DNA of 33,565 nucleotides from an uncultured Bacteroidales bacterium (GCA_947177325.1 CAMWUH010000001.1:1-33565), one strand, 5' to 3'. Counted from the stretch's first letter, positions 1 to 9,634 are shown. Numbers and translations are program-made. Notes: generated by a model not told the origin, from the letters alone.

Positions 1-66
1 GATCCCAACCCCACTCCCAATCCTACTCCCAACCCTACTCCCAACCCTGATCCCGAGCCCACTCCC
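1..66 (+). repeat. Imperfect 12-nt coding tandem repeat (cccaaycchact) encoding a (PNPT)n linker
   Basis: gatcccaaccccactcccaatcctactcccaaccctactcccaaccctgatcccgagcccactccc. Confidence 0.85.
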
Positions 67-522
67 TCAATCGACGGCAACTGGATTGTTTACCTCGAAA
101 ACACCGCTTCATGGTCTGACCCCATGACCTGGATTTGGGATGCCGGCAACGGTGATAAAAACTACACCGGTGGCAAATGGCCCGGAGCTCGCATGAAATC
201 CATCACCGTAGACGGTTTCGATAACCTCTACTACTATGATTTCCAAGCTGATGAAATGATTCGGCCCATGATTATCTTCAACCCCGGCGGCGACAACGGC
301 AAAACTAAAGACCTTGAATTGATCAACAAAGCAGTTTATGACTGCAACGGCAATATCACAGGCTCAATCGAAACACCGGTTACCGGTATCGACGCTATCA
401 ATGCCGACATTGATGCTCCCGCTGAATACTACAACCTCCAAGGCATCCGCGTTATCAACCCCACCCACGGTGCTTACATCTGCCGCCGAGGCTCTAAAGT
501 CAGCAAAGTGCTCATCCCCTAA
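1..522 (+). CDS. 5'-truncated secreted protein: Pro/Thr/Asn linker, CBM26-like starch-binding module, C-terminal T9SS-type sorting domain (possibly an alpha-amylase/pullulanase)
   Basis: Frame 1 is open from base 1 (DPNPTPNPTPNPTPNPDPEPTPSIDGNWIVYLENTASWSDPMTWIWD...GGKWPG..M...MIIFN). The VY-EN-W...WIW...WPG pattern resembles CBM26. The tail GIDAI..D..APAEYYNLQGIRV.NP..G.YI.R.G.KVSKV is typical of Bacteroidales T9SS CTDs. The catalytic domain lies outside the window. Confidence 0.75.
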   Translation, partial: DPNPTPNPTPNPTPNPDPEPTPSIDGNWIVYLENTASWSDPMTWIWDAGNGDKNYTGGKWPGARMKSITVDGFDNLYYYDFQADEMIRPMIIFNPGGDNGKTKDLELINKAVYDCNGNITGSIETPVTGIDAINADIDAPAEYYNLQGIRVINPTHGAYICRRGSKVSKVLIP

Positions 523-632
523 TCGGTGATAACCAACTGCATTTACGCACGGACAAGAGAAGTGATTATGAGCCCCGTTTGTTAAAAAGTGGCCAAGTTA
601 TCAACAAAATCCAACAATTTTTGCTCTAAAAT

Positions 633-663
633 TTTGTCAATCAAAAAACAATCACTAATTTTG
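633..663 (+). promoter_or_regulatory. Bacteroidetes sigma-A promoter for rpsU
   Basis: TTTG at 633-636, 19-nt spacer, TAATTTTG at 656-663; matches the -33 TTTG / -7 TAnnTTTG consensus. Confidence 0.75.
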
Positions 664-716
664 CCCCGCAAAACGCAAAATTGAATATCACAAATTAACA
701 TACCAAACTCACCAAA

Positions 717-908
717 ATGATTATCGTACAAGTTAAAGAAACCGAAAACATCGAAAAAGCACTCAAAAAATTCAAACGTAAATTCGAGCGCACCGGCATC
801 GTAAAAGAACTCCGCAGCCGTCAGGCTTTCCAAAAACCTTCGGTAACCAACCGTAAGAAAATGATGAAAGCCGTTTATGTGCAGAAACTTCGTTCAGTAG
901 AAGAGTAA
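717..908 (+). CDS. rpsU: 30S ribosomal protein bS21
   Basis: 63 aa MIIVQVKETENIEKALKKFKRKFERTGIVKELRSRQAFQKPSV..RK, classic S21. Confidence 0.97.
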   Translation: MIIVQVKETENIEKALKKFKRKFERTGIVKELRSRQAFQKPSVTNRKKMMKAVYVQKLRSVEE

Positions 909-981
909 TTCGATTTTCGATGCGCCCTCACCGCAACCCCGCGTGAGGCTTTAACTCTCGAAATTCTTTTCTAAATCATAG

Positions 982-1014
982 AGCCCGTCGCGAGCCCCAA
1001 GCTCGCAGCGGGCT
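982..1014 (+). terminator. Strong GC hairpin downstream of rpsU; possible terminator or processing/stability element
   Basis: agcccg-tc-gcgagc (982-995) / loop cccaa / gctcgc-ag-cgggct (1001-1014); only a weak U-tract follows. Confidence 0.45.
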
Positions 1015-1084
1015 TGACTGTTTCCACCCCCCGGCAATATTCACAAGATTCTTGGCTCACAGGTCAAATTCTTTTGTGGGGAAA

Positions 1085-1116
1085 TTTGCAATTATTAAAA
1101 CTAATGCCTATATTCG
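1085..1116 (+). promoter_or_regulatory. Candidate promoter for xerC
   Basis: TTTG 1085-1088, 20-nt spacer, TATATTCG 1109-1116 (one mismatch to TAnnTTTG). Confidence 0.5.
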
Positions 1117-1140
1117 CATTTACATCAATCGCGCTGCATT

Positions 1141-2052
1141 GTGAGAGAATTTCGCAACATATTGCTATCGGAGTTCAAGCAATACCTGACTGCCGAGCTC
1201 AACAGTTCTCCACTAACTGTTGAGGCGTATCTGCGCGATATCGGGCAATTTGCTGAATTCCTGCTGCCAGATACTCCCGGAGAGTTTGACCCACTGAAAG
1301 CTGACTCCGCTGACATTCGCGCGTGGATAGCCGAGCTTTCGCGACGCAAAGTGGAGCGACGGTCACTGCGCCGCAAATTGCAGTCGCTGCGAGCACTGTA
1401 TCGCTACCTGATGCGTCGCCGACTAACCGATGTCAATCCGGCCGATAAAGTCAGCATTGCCAAGCCTCACGACCCGCTTCCCCGCTTTATTCGCTCTGAA
1501 GAGACCAATTCGCTGCTTGACGGCGAATACGACCCTAACGACTTCGTGGAAGTGCGCGACCATCTGGTAATTCTAATGCTTTACTCCACCGGTATGCGCC
1601 GGGCAGAACTGACAGGATTGCTCGACCGCAACGTTGACACTGCCGCCTATCAGCTCAAAGTGCTCGGCAAACGCAACAAAGAGCGCATTATCCCCTTCGG
1701 GCAAGAGCTGGCAGAAACCATTGAGCTTTACCGGCAGCTTCGCGCAGAGGCAGGGCTGGAATTTGCCGATGAATTTTTTGTGCGCACAGGCGGATTGCCG
1801 TTTTATCCCGCATTAGTTAACCGCATCGTAAACAATCGGCTTGCCGGCAATGTTAGTTCTGAAAAGCGGTCGCCGCACACGCTGCGCCACTCATTTGCCA
1901 CCGATATGATTAACAACGGGGCCGATCTTAACGCTGTGCAGCAGCTACTGGGGCATGCCTCATTAGCCACAACGCAGATTTACACCCACATATCTACCCG
2001 TGAATTACTTCAAAACTATCGACAGGCTCACCCCCGAGCCCGCAAACAATAA
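1141..2052 (+). CDS. xerC: Tyrosine recombinase XerC/XerD family (chromosome dimer resolution)
   Basis: 303 aa, GTG start; N-terminal SAM-like domain (S.LTVEAYLRD); catalytic residues in GMRRAE, GKRNKER, HTLRHSFAT, LLGHASL, TQIYTH; rpsU-xerC-raiA order is familiar from Bacteroidetes. Confidence 0.9.
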   Translation: MREFRNILLSEFKQYLTAELNSSPLTVEAYLRDIGQFAEFLLPDTPGEFDPLKADSADIRAWIAELSRRKVERRSLRRKLQSLRALYRYLMRRRLTDVNPADKVSIAKPHDPLPRFIRSEETNSLLDGEYDPNDFVEVRDHLVILMLYSTGMRRAELTGLLDRNVDTAAYQLKVLGKRNKERIIPFGQELAETIELYRQLRAEAGLEFADEFFVRTGGLPFYPALVNRIVNNRLAGNVSSEKRSPHTLRHSFATDMINNGADLNAVQQLLGHASLATTQIYTHISTRELLQNYRQAHPRARKQ

Positions 2053-2101
2053 CTAACTATTCAACTAACACCTATTGTTTAACCCTAAAATCTAACGCCT
2101 T

Positions 2102-2395
2102 ATGGAAGTACGCATCAAAGCCATCCACTTCGACATCGCCGAGCGCCTTAACGAATTTATCGACCGCAAAGCCGAGCGCCTGAGCCGTCGCTACAGCGCT
2201 ATCTCTCATATCGATTTCACCCTCAAGGTGGTTAAACCCGAAACTTCACAAAATAAAGAGGCCCTGATCGCAATCACAATTCCGGGAGCTAAAGAGCTGA
2301 CAGCCACTAAGGTTGCCGACACTTTCGAAGAAGCAATCGACCTTGCTCTCGAAGCATTAGAGCGCCAACTTGAAAAAGAAAAAGCAAAAAAATGA
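2102..2395 (+). CDS. raiA: Ribosome hibernation factor / ribosome-associated inhibitor (short HPF, RaiA family)
   Basis: 97 aa, I.AIHF...E.L.EFI..K...L ... TFEEAIDLA...LERQL.K.K pattern of the S30AE/HPF family. Confidence 0.88.
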   Translation: MEVRIKAIHFDIAERLNEFIDRKAERLSRRYSAISHIDFTLKVVKPETSQNKEALIAITIPGAKELTATKVADTFEEAIDLALEALERQLEKEKAKK

Positions 2396-2396
2396 T

Positions 2397-2404
2397 TATC
2401 TTTG
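2397..2404 (+). promoter_or_regulatory. -7 promoter box for the FNT gene
   Basis: TATCTTTG immediately after the raiA stop; -33 element not clear. Confidence 0.6.
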
Positions 2405-2465
2405 CGCTCAAATAGGGTGGCAACCCCAAAACGTGCCACACCGATAACCACCCTGAATTAGCGCA

Positions 2466-3278
2466 ATGAACATCAAATCACCAGCCGAAATTACATCTGC
2501 GGCCGAAACTTCGGGTCGCAACAAAATCAACTTAACCGTCAAGCATCCGGGCCGTCTGATAGTGGCTGCGATGCTTGCCGGTGCTTTTATTTCAATAGGG
2601 GGCATATTGTCGCTCATCACCGGATTCGGATTGCCCGGTCTATCGGCCGACAATCCGGCATTGCAAAAACTGATATCGGGCGCAACGTTTCCTATAGGAC
2701 TGATATTGGTAGTGGTGCTCGGAGCAGAACTGTTTACCGGCAACAACGCCACGCTCATCCCGGGCTATATGAACCGCCATTACGGCTTTAAAAGCGTAGT
2801 AGCCAATTGGACCATCGTTTATGTCGGCAACTTCATCGGGGCCCTGCTCTTCACGTGGGCGCTTGTCTACGCCTGCGGGCTGACCGCTGCCGACCCCTGG
2901 CACTCGGCTATAGTCAACATTGCCAAAGCCAAAACATCAATGCCTTTCCTGACTGTGTTGCTTAAAGGCATCGGGGCCAACTGGTTTGTGTGCCTCGGAG
3001 TTTGGCTGGCATTGTCGGGTCACAGCTTTGCCGAGAAAGCCCTGGGCTGCTGGATTCCCGTGATGGCTTTCGTGGCCTTGGGCTATGAACACTGCATCGC
3101 CAATATGTTTTACCTGCCGCTCGGGATGATGGAGGGGGCCGATGTCAGCATAGGTCAGGCTATCACGGCCAATCTCATTCCCGCCACGATAGGCAATATC
3201 ATAGGGGGAGCACTGTTTGTAGGGTGTCTGCATGCATGGCTTCACCGCTCCGGAGCTGAAACCTCACATAAAAATTAA
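2466..3278 (+). CDS. Formate/nitrite transporter (FNT) family channel
   Basis: 270 aa, about 6 TM segments; motifs GAELFTGN, NW..VY.GN..G, KGIGANWFVCL, GYEHCIANM, GNIIGG. Confidence 0.93.
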   Translation: MNIKSPAEITSAAETSGRNKINLTVKHPGRLIVAAMLAGAFISIGGILSLITGFGLPGLSADNPALQKLISGATFPIGLILVVVLGAELFTGNNATLIPGYMNRHYGFKSVVANWTIVYVGNFIGALLFTWALVYACGLTAADPWHSAIVNIAKAKTSMPFLTVLLKGIGANWFVCLGVWLALSGHSFAEKALGCWIPVMAFVALGYEHCIANMFYLPLGMMEGADVSIGQAITANLIPATIGNIIGGALFVGCLHAWLHRSGAETSHKN

Positions 3279-3307
3279 AAAAATTTTTTCAACCACGAAA
3301 AAATTAT

Positions 3308-3315
3308 TATCTTTG
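3308..3315 (+). promoter_or_regulatory. -7 promoter box for fba
   Basis: TATCTTTG 40 nt upstream of the ATG, in an AT-rich spacer. Confidence 0.65.
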
Positions 3316-3354
3316 CACCACAATCTAACCCCTTTTAATAGATAAACTCTCAAC

Positions 3355-4350
3355 ATGGTATCTTTTAAAGAACTCGGCTTGGTTAACACCCGTGAGATGT
3401 TTGCCAAAGCAATCAAAGGCGGCTATGCAATCCCCGCCTTCAACTTCAACAACATGGAGCAACTTCAAGCTATCATTCAAGCAGCTGCCGAAGACCGCTC
3501 TCCTGTTATCCTCCAAGTTTCGAAAGGCGCTCGCAACTATGCCAACGGCACTCTGCTCCGCTACATGGCTCAAGGCGCTGTTGAATACGCTAAAGAACTC
3601 GGCTGGGAACATCCCCAAATCGTGCTTCACCTCGACCACGGTGATTCATTCGAAATCTGCAAACAATGTATCGACAACGGTTTCTCTTCAGTGATGATCG
3701 ACGGTTCACACCTCCCCTACGAAGAAAACGTTGCCTTGACTAAAAAAGTAGTTGACTACGCTCACCAATTTGACGTAACCGTTGAAGGCGAGCTCGGCGT
3801 GTTGGCCGGCGTTGAAGATGAAGTATCTTCTGACCACCACACCTACACCGACCCCGAAGAAGTTATCGACTTCGCTACCCGCACAGGTTGCGACTCTTTG
3901 GCAATCTCAATCGGCACCTCACACGGCGCATACAAATTCACTCCCGAGCAATGCACCCGCAACGCTGAAGGCAAACTCGTTCCCCCGCCCTTGGCATTCG
4001 ACGTTCTCGACGCCGTTATGGAAAAACTCCCCGGTTTCCCCATCGTGCTCCACGGCTCATCATCAGTGCCCGAAGAAGAAGTTGAAACTATCAACAAATT
4101 CGGTGGCAAACTTCCCGACGCTATCGGTATTCCCGAAGAACAACTTCGCAAAGCTGCCAAGAGCGCCGTTTGCAAAATCAACATCGACTCTGACAGCCGC
4201 TTGGCAATGACCGCTGCTATCCGTCAAGTATTCGCAGAAAAACCTGCTGAATTTGACCCCCGCAAATATCTCGGTCCCGCTCGCGACAACATGAAGAAAC
4301 TCTACAAACACAAAATCGAAAACGTGCTCGGCTCTAAAGACAAAGCATAA
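3355..4350 (+). CDS. fba: Fructose-1,6-bisphosphate aldolase, class II
   Basis: 331 aa; GYAIPAFNFNNME, VLHLDHG, FSSVMIDGS, VEGELG, GTSHGAYK, VLHGSS, KINIDSD, FDPRKYL; strongly biased codon usage. Confidence 0.97.
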   Translation: MVSFKELGLVNTREMFAKAIKGGYAIPAFNFNNMEQLQAIIQAAAEDRSPVILQVSKGARNYANGTLLRYMAQGAVEYAKELGWEHPQIVLHLDHGDSFEICKQCIDNGFSSVMIDGSHLPYEENVALTKKVVDYAHQFDVTVEGELGVLAGVEDEVSSDHHTYTDPEEVIDFATRTGCDSLAISIGTSHGAYKFTPEQCTRNAEGKLVPPPLAFDVLDAVMEKLPGFPIVLHGSSSVPEEEVETINKFGGKLPDAIGIPEEQLRKAAKSAVCKINIDSDSRLAMTAAIRQVFAEKPAEFDPRKYLGPARDNMKKLYKHKIENVLGSKDKA

Positions 4351-4377
4351 GCCACGCCTCGTTTTTAAATAATCTAT

Positions 4378-4421
4378 CAGCGCCCCGCTGCCGTCACATC
4401 GGCCCGGGGCGCTGTTTTGTT
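4378..4421 (+). terminator. Intrinsic terminator of fba
   Basis: cagcgccccg..gccg / cggc.cggggcgctg stem (4378-4414) followed by ttttgtt. Confidence 0.85.
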
Positions 4422-4526
4422 AGTGGAAGATATGAAAGGGAATTCCAACTGAAAGCCGGAGCTAAAAAATTGAAATTTGAAGATTATTTTTTTTCTTAAA
4501 TTGTTATATTATTTGTAAAAATTTCT

Positions 4527-4534
4527 TAACTTTG
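4527..4534 (+). promoter_or_regulatory. -7 promoter box for the susC operon
   Basis: TAACTTTG in a very AT-rich stretch ~110 nt upstream of ATG 4646. Confidence 0.6.
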
Positions 4535-4645
4535 CTTACCGACTACCCTTATTCCACTCCGGAAACCGGACCATATTGTCACTAAAGACAATCATTAGTG
4601 CTTGATTATCAATCAATTATTACACATCTCACTAATCTTGAGTTT

Positions 4646-7600
4646 ATGAAGAAACAGCTCATCTTAATGCTAACCATGTTGTTGGCTACCATCGCGGCTA
4701 CTGCTCAAATCACGAAAATGAGCGGCACCGTAGTAAGCGACGACGACGGTTTGCCAATTTTCGGTGCAACAGTTACCGTCACCGGAACTCAAACAATTGC
4801 GATAACCGACATCGATGGTAAATTCACCCTTAACGGATTGACAGCTAAAGACAAAACAATCACAGTTACATTTGTAGGTATGGCGCCCCAAACCGTTAAA
4901 ATTGCGCCTGAAGTTACTGTTGTAATGATACCTACCGATGCCGACTTGGATGAAGTAATGGTGGTTGCTTTCGGCAAGCAAAAGCGCGAAGCCTTCACCG
5001 GCTCGGCAAGTGTGGTCGATGCAGCTCAAATTGAGCGTCTGCAAGTAACTAATCCCATTGAAGCCCTGAACGGTAACGTTACCGGTATGAGCATGATTGA
5101 ATCAAACTCATTTACCTCCGACCCCACGATCAACATTCGCGGTTTGAGTTCAATCAACGCTTCCAACTCACCTCTTATCGTGCTCGACGGTCTGCCCTAC
5201 AACGGCTACTGGAACGATATCAATCCCGCTGATGTGGCCTCAATCACAGTGTTGAAAGATGCCGCATCAAATGCGCTTTACGGCGCACGCGGTGCCAATG
5301 GCGTTATCCTTATCACATCCAAGGCTGCTCAACGCGGCAAAACCAAAGTGACCATCGAAGCCAAATGGGGCGCTAACAGCAACGCCCGCGTTGACTACAA
5401 CACTATCTCTGACCCCGGCCAATATTACGAAGCTCATTATGCAGCTTTGCGCAACTATTATATCAACGGCCAAAATATGTCGGCCGCAGCTGCCCATCAG
5501 CAAGCCAACAGTGTATTGACCGGCCCATTCGCCAACGGTGGCTTAGGCTACAACGTGTTTGCAGTGCCTAACGGCGAATATCTCATCGGCTCTAACGGGA
5601 AGCTCAACCCCAACGCCACATTGGGCAATCGCGTTGCCTATAACGGAAATATTTACACCCTGCTGCCCGACGACTGGAGCAAGGCCGGCCTCCGCACCGG
5701 TTTCCGCGAAGAATACAACGTGCGCCTGACGGGCGGTAACAACCAATTCTCTTTCCTTTCATCTTTAGGATATTTGAAAGAAGACGGTCTGGCCTACAAC
5801 AATGACATCGAGCGCCTGACCGCACGTTTGAAAGCTGAATATCAAGCTTACAGCTTCCTCAAAATCGGAGCTAACGCCGGTTACAACCACACCCACACCA
5901 ACTCTGCCGACAACGTATTCACCGTGCCCGTTTCAATCGCTCCAATCTATCCCCTCTACGTGCGCGACGGCGAGGGCAACATCCTTACCGACAACCACGG
6001 CCGTGTTTACGACTACGGTTCCGGAAACAACGCCGGCATGATGCGACCCGTCGACACCAACGGCAACTACATTCAGGACGACCTCCTCGACGTAGCGTCA
6101 AACAGCTCCAACGCCTTCAATATCCAAGGCTACGCCAACTTCGACTTCCTGAAGCACTTCCGTCTGACCGTCAACGGCTCCGTCTACATCACAGAGAACC
6201 GTATGCGTTCAGCCTATAACCCTTACTACGGCTATACCGCCACTACCGGCGGCTCTACCGAAATAAGCCACTATCGCACCAGCGACTACAACTATCAACA
6301 ACTCCTTTCCTACACCAACTCCTTTGGTCTCAACAACATCGACATACTTCTCGGCCATGAATATTCCCGCAGCCAGCAGACCAGCCTTAAAGCCTCCAAA
6401 AACAAAATAGCGATGTTTGAAACCAACATAGAGCTCAACGGGGCAATCATCGACGGCTCTATGTCAAGCTACATCACCAACTACAACGTAGAAGGCTACT
6501 TCCTCCGCGCTCAATACGACTACGACAACCGCATCTTCGGCTCGTTCTCGTTCCGTCGCGACGGATCTTCACGATTCCACCCCGACCACCGCTGGGGCAA
6601 CTTCTGGTCGCTCGGCGCTGCCTGGATTCTCACTCGTGAATCGTGGTTCCCGAAAACTACCTGGCTCGATATGTTGAAAGTAAAAGCCTCTTACGGCGAG
6701 CAGGGCAACGACGGCATCGGTAACTACCGCTACGTCGACACCTACACCATCAAAAACTCCGATGGCGAAATCGCTTTCGTTTTCAACAACAAAGGTAACC
6801 CAAACATCACATGGGAAACCGTAGGCAGTTTCAACGCCGGCTTCGAAGCTGACCTATTCAACTCTCGCCTCAACATCGACCTCGAAGGCTATGTGCGCAC
6901 TACTCGCAACATGCTGATGTGGCTTACAGTTCCCGTTTCTCTCGGCTACGAAGGCTATTATGACAACATCGGCAATATGCGCAACTCCGGCCTCGAACTC
7001 TCAATCTCAGGCGACATCATCGCCTCACGCAACTTCGCATGGAACCTCGGCATTAATTTCACTTGGGAGAAAAACCGCATCACTTATCTGCCCGAAAGCA
7101 AACGCTCGCTCGTTGTTGACGGCTATGGCGGCTACGCTGATGGCAGCGTGTTCTACGGCGAAGGCCTCCCGATGCGTACTTGGTATTTGAAAGAATATGC
7201 CGGCGTATCGTCAGAAGGTGAAGCGCTCTTCTACAAAACTGTCAACGGCGAAAAAGTTACCACCACCAACTATGAAGATGCCACATATTATAACTGCGGT
7301 TCGGCACTTCCCGATATGTTTGGCGGCATCAACACCTCGCTCCGCATCTACGACTTCGACCTTAACGTGCAACTCAACTATTCAATCGGTGGCAAGAAAT
7401 TTGACTCCAACTATCAATTCCTGATGACACCGCCGTGGAGCTCGTTGACCGGCAGCCCAATGCACCAGGATGTGTTCAACTCATGGTCGCTCACCAATCA
7501 ATCAAGCGACATTCCGCGCTGGCAATACAACGACGACGAATCAGCCCTCTCATCAAGCCGCTGGCTCACTAATGCCTCGTTCATCTCGCTGCGCAACATC

Positions 7601-7810
7601 TCTGTCGGCTACAACTTCCCCAAATCAATCACATCTCGCCTGAAAATGGAGAAAATGCGCTTGTTTGTATCAGCCGACAACATCTACTACTGGTCTCATC
7701 GCAAAGGTTTCGACCCCCGAATGGGCACATACTATGGCAACTATAACGCCGACTCGGGTTACAGCTTCCCGCGACGCACCATTTCCGGCGGCATCCAGAT
7801 TAACTTCTAA
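4646..7810 (+). CDS. susC: SusC/RagA family TonB-dependent outer membrane transporter
   Basis: ATG 4646 gives a signal peptide (MKKQLILMLTMLLATIAATAQ) and is preferred over GTG 4598; N-terminal extension domain; LDEVMVVAFG; plug signature INPADVASITVLKDAASNALYGARGANGVILIT; RRDGSSRF; C-terminal F. Confidence 0.95.
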   Translation: MKKQLILMLTMLLATIAATAQITKMSGTVVSDDDGLPIFGATVTVTGTQTIAITDIDGKFTLNGLTAKDKTITVTFVGMAPQTVKIAPEVTVVMIPTDADLDEVMVVAFGKQKREAFTGSASVVDAAQIERLQVTNPIEALNGNVTGMSMIESNSFTSDPTINIRGLSSINASNSPLIVLDGLPYNGYWNDINPADVASITVLKDAASNALYGARGANGVILITSKAAQRGKTKVTIEAKWGANSNARVDYNTISDPGQYYEAHYAALRNYYINGQNMSAAAAHQQANSVLTGPFANGGLGYNVFAVPNGEYLIGSNGKLNPNATLGNRVAYNGNIYTLLPDDWSKAGLRTGFREEYNVRLTGGNNQFSFLSSLGYLKEDGLAYNNDIERLTARLKAEYQAYSFLKIGANAGYNHTHTNSADNVFTVPVSIAPIYPLYVRDGEGNILTDNHGRVYDYGSGNNAGMMRPVDTNGNYIQDDLLDVASNSSNAFNIQGYANFDFLKHFRLTVNGSVYITENRMRSAYNPYYGYTATTGGSTEISHYRTSDYNYQQLLSYTNSFGLNNIDILLGHEYSRSQQTSLKASKNKIAMFETNIELNGAIIDGSMSSYITNYNVEGYFLRAQYDYDNRIFGSFSFRRDGSSRFHPDHRWGNFWSLGAAWILTRESWFPKTTWLDMLKVKASYGEQGNDGIGNYRYVDTYTIKNSDGEIAFVFNNKGNPNITWETVGSFNAGFEADLFNSRLNIDLEGYVRTTRNMLMWLTVPVSLGYEGYYDNIGNMRNSGLELSISGDIIASRNFAWNLGINFTWEKNRITYLPESKRSLVVDGYGGYADGSVFYGEGLPMRTWYLKEYAGVSSEGEALFYKTVNGEKVTTTNYEDATYYNCGSALPDMFGGINTSLRIYDFDLNVQLNYSIGGKKFDSNYQFLMTPPWSSLTGSPMHQDVFNSWSLTNQSSDIPRWQYNDDESALSSSRWLTNASFISLRNISVGYNFPKSITSRLKMEKMRLFVSADNIYYWSHRKGFDPRMGTYYGNYNADSGYSFPRRTISGGIQINF

Positions 7811-7837
7811 TCCTCTCACCCTCAACAGCATTACAAT

Positions 7838-9568
7838 ATGAAAAAAACTATCATATCATTTGTAGCCTTAGCAGCCTTAACCCCTTGCCTGACAGGGTGT
7901 CTGGAGGAGTTCACCCCCCAAAGCTCCACTGCTACCGCTCCGCAAGTAGAGAAAGCTGACAAAGCCGGCCTTTCTCGCGCCATCCCATCTTATATGCTCA
8001 ACTACAGCTCTTCCAACGCCTACGACATCGGTTTCCAAGGTATGGGTCTGTGGCGCGACGCAATGAGCGCGGACTTCACCGTCGTCGATCCAGCCTACGA
8101 CTACTATTCATGGTTCAGCGAACAGGTGTCGCTCGGCAACTACCAGCTCCAATACAAATACTGGGAACGATACTACGGCCTTATCCAGAAAGCTAACGAC
8201 CTTTTGTCAGTTGCCGACTATCTTACCAACCCCGACGATGCCCAGTATCAAGGCAACGCATTGGTTTATCGCGCAGCTACCTATCTCGACATGCAACGCA
8301 CCTATGAATATCGCCTCACAGGTGTCGACTACCTCGACCAGCAAGCTCAATCAATGGGCATCATGGGTCTGACGGTGCCTATCGTTGATGAAAACACTAC
8401 GGAGGCCGACGGGCGCAACAATCCCCGCGTACCTTACTACACACTCTACCGCTTCATCCTCAACGACCTCAACACCGCAGAAAAGTGCTTGACCGATTAT
8501 CGCTCGGTTCCCTCAAAAACTCAAGCTTCACTGGGCACCTGCTACGGCCAGCTTGCCCGCACATGGCTCGAAATCGCCACCCGCTTCGAGCGTCACCCCG
8601 ACGACCTCGCCACAGCCTTGGCCCACGAAGCTGACAACGACATCGTCTATCCGGCTATAGGCGTCAGCACTGCCCGCGAAGCTTATGCCAAAGCAGCCGA
8701 CTATGCCCGAAAAGCGATAAACATGGGCTATACTCCTCTGACAAAGTCGCAATGGTTTGACACCACCACCGGCTTCAACACTCCCAACAATTCATGGATG
8801 TGGTGCATCACCATTTCTTCAAGCAATGGTGCTGCCTCATCTTGTACCTGGCAGTCATTTATCAGCTACACTTCGCCCGAAGCCAACTTCGGCATCTGCA
8901 CCACCGACTACAACGCCGAGCGCATGATTGACCGCCGTCTCTTTGAAACCATCAACCCCAACGACTGGCGACGAGCCACCTGGATTGCTCCCGATGAAGT
9001 CGCCGACGAAACAGCATTCAACGCAACATACTCCAACGTGACCTCCCTCACCTTCAATCAGTGGAAACGATATCCCGCCTACGTGGCCTTCAAATTCCAC
9101 CCCGGCGGCGGCGAACGCAACATCACAACCATAGCCAATGCCGTTTCAACTCCGCTGATGCGCGTTGAAGAGATGTATCTTATCGAAGCAGAAGCCACGG
9201 CTTATGCTCAAGGTTTGGGTGCCGGCAAAGCATTGCTTGAAAATTTCATGAACTCTTATCGCATGGAGGGTGAAACCTACACCTCAACCGCCGCTTCGCT
9301 CGATGACTTCGTCACCGAACTCTTCAATTGCAAGCGCGTTGAACTCTGGGGTGAAGGTCTAATCCTCTGGGATTACACTCGCCTCGAAAAAGCCATCATC
9401 CGCGGCTACATGGGTACCAACCATCCAGAAAAATATCAGTATAACTCTTATCTCAACCGCAAGGCACCGTGGGCCACATATTATATTCCCGACTGGGAAA
9501 ATCAACGTAACCCTGCCTGCAAACTCAACCCCGACCCCTCAAATGCAATACCTAAATGGGTGCCCTGA
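7838..9568 (+). CDS. susD: SusD/RagB family lipoprotein
   Basis: Lipobox LTGC; W..YY..I.KAN, MRVEEMYLIEAEA, RVELWGEG...D..R motifs; directly follows susC. Confidence 0.92.
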   Translation: MKKTIISFVALAALTPCLTGCLEEFTPQSSTATAPQVEKADKAGLSRAIPSYMLNYSSSNAYDIGFQGMGLWRDAMSADFTVVDPAYDYYSWFSEQVSLGNYQLQYKYWERYYGLIQKANDLLSVADYLTNPDDAQYQGNALVYRAATYLDMQRTYEYRLTGVDYLDQQAQSMGIMGLTVPIVDENTTEADGRNNPRVPYYTLYRFILNDLNTAEKCLTDYRSVPSKTQASLGTCYGQLARTWLEIATRFERHPDDLATALAHEADNDIVYPAIGVSTAREAYAKAADYARKAINMGYTPLTKSQWFDTTTGFNTPNNSWMWCITISSSNGAASSCTWQSFISYTSPEANFGICTTDYNAERMIDRRLFETINPNDWRRATWIAPDEVADETAFNATYSNVTSLTFNQWKRYPAYVAFKFHPGGGERNITTIANAVSTPLMRVEEMYLIEAEATAYAQGLGAGKALLENFMNSYRMEGETYTSTAASLDDFVTELFNCKRVELWGEGLILWDYTRLEKAIIRGYMGTNHPEKYQYNSYLNRKAPWATYYIPDWENQRNPACKLNPDPSNAIPKWVP

Positions 9569-9634
9569 TAACTGTTGACATTCAGCCAACTACTCACCCA
9601 ACATTGCATTTTTATAACTCAACAACTATTCAAT

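Noticed and set aside
1-66. Short tandem repeats as CRISPR or contingency locus (also 18469-18528)
   Set aside because: In-frame coding repeats (multiples of 3) with no spacers and no cas genes.
598-606. DnaA-box-like TTATCAACA upstream of the rpsU promoter
   Set aside because: Single imperfect box with no cluster; not enough for oriC or a regulatory call.
690-716. Shine-Dalgarno-based bS21 autoregulation as described in Flavobacteria
   Set aside because: The rpsU upstream region is A/C-rich with no GGAGG-like sequence.
1141-2052. Tyrosine recombinase as an integrase, or as an invertase for the capsule promoter
   Set aside because: Size, motifs and rpsU/raiA context fit housekeeping XerC; no att sites, mobile cargo or IR-flanked promoter seen.
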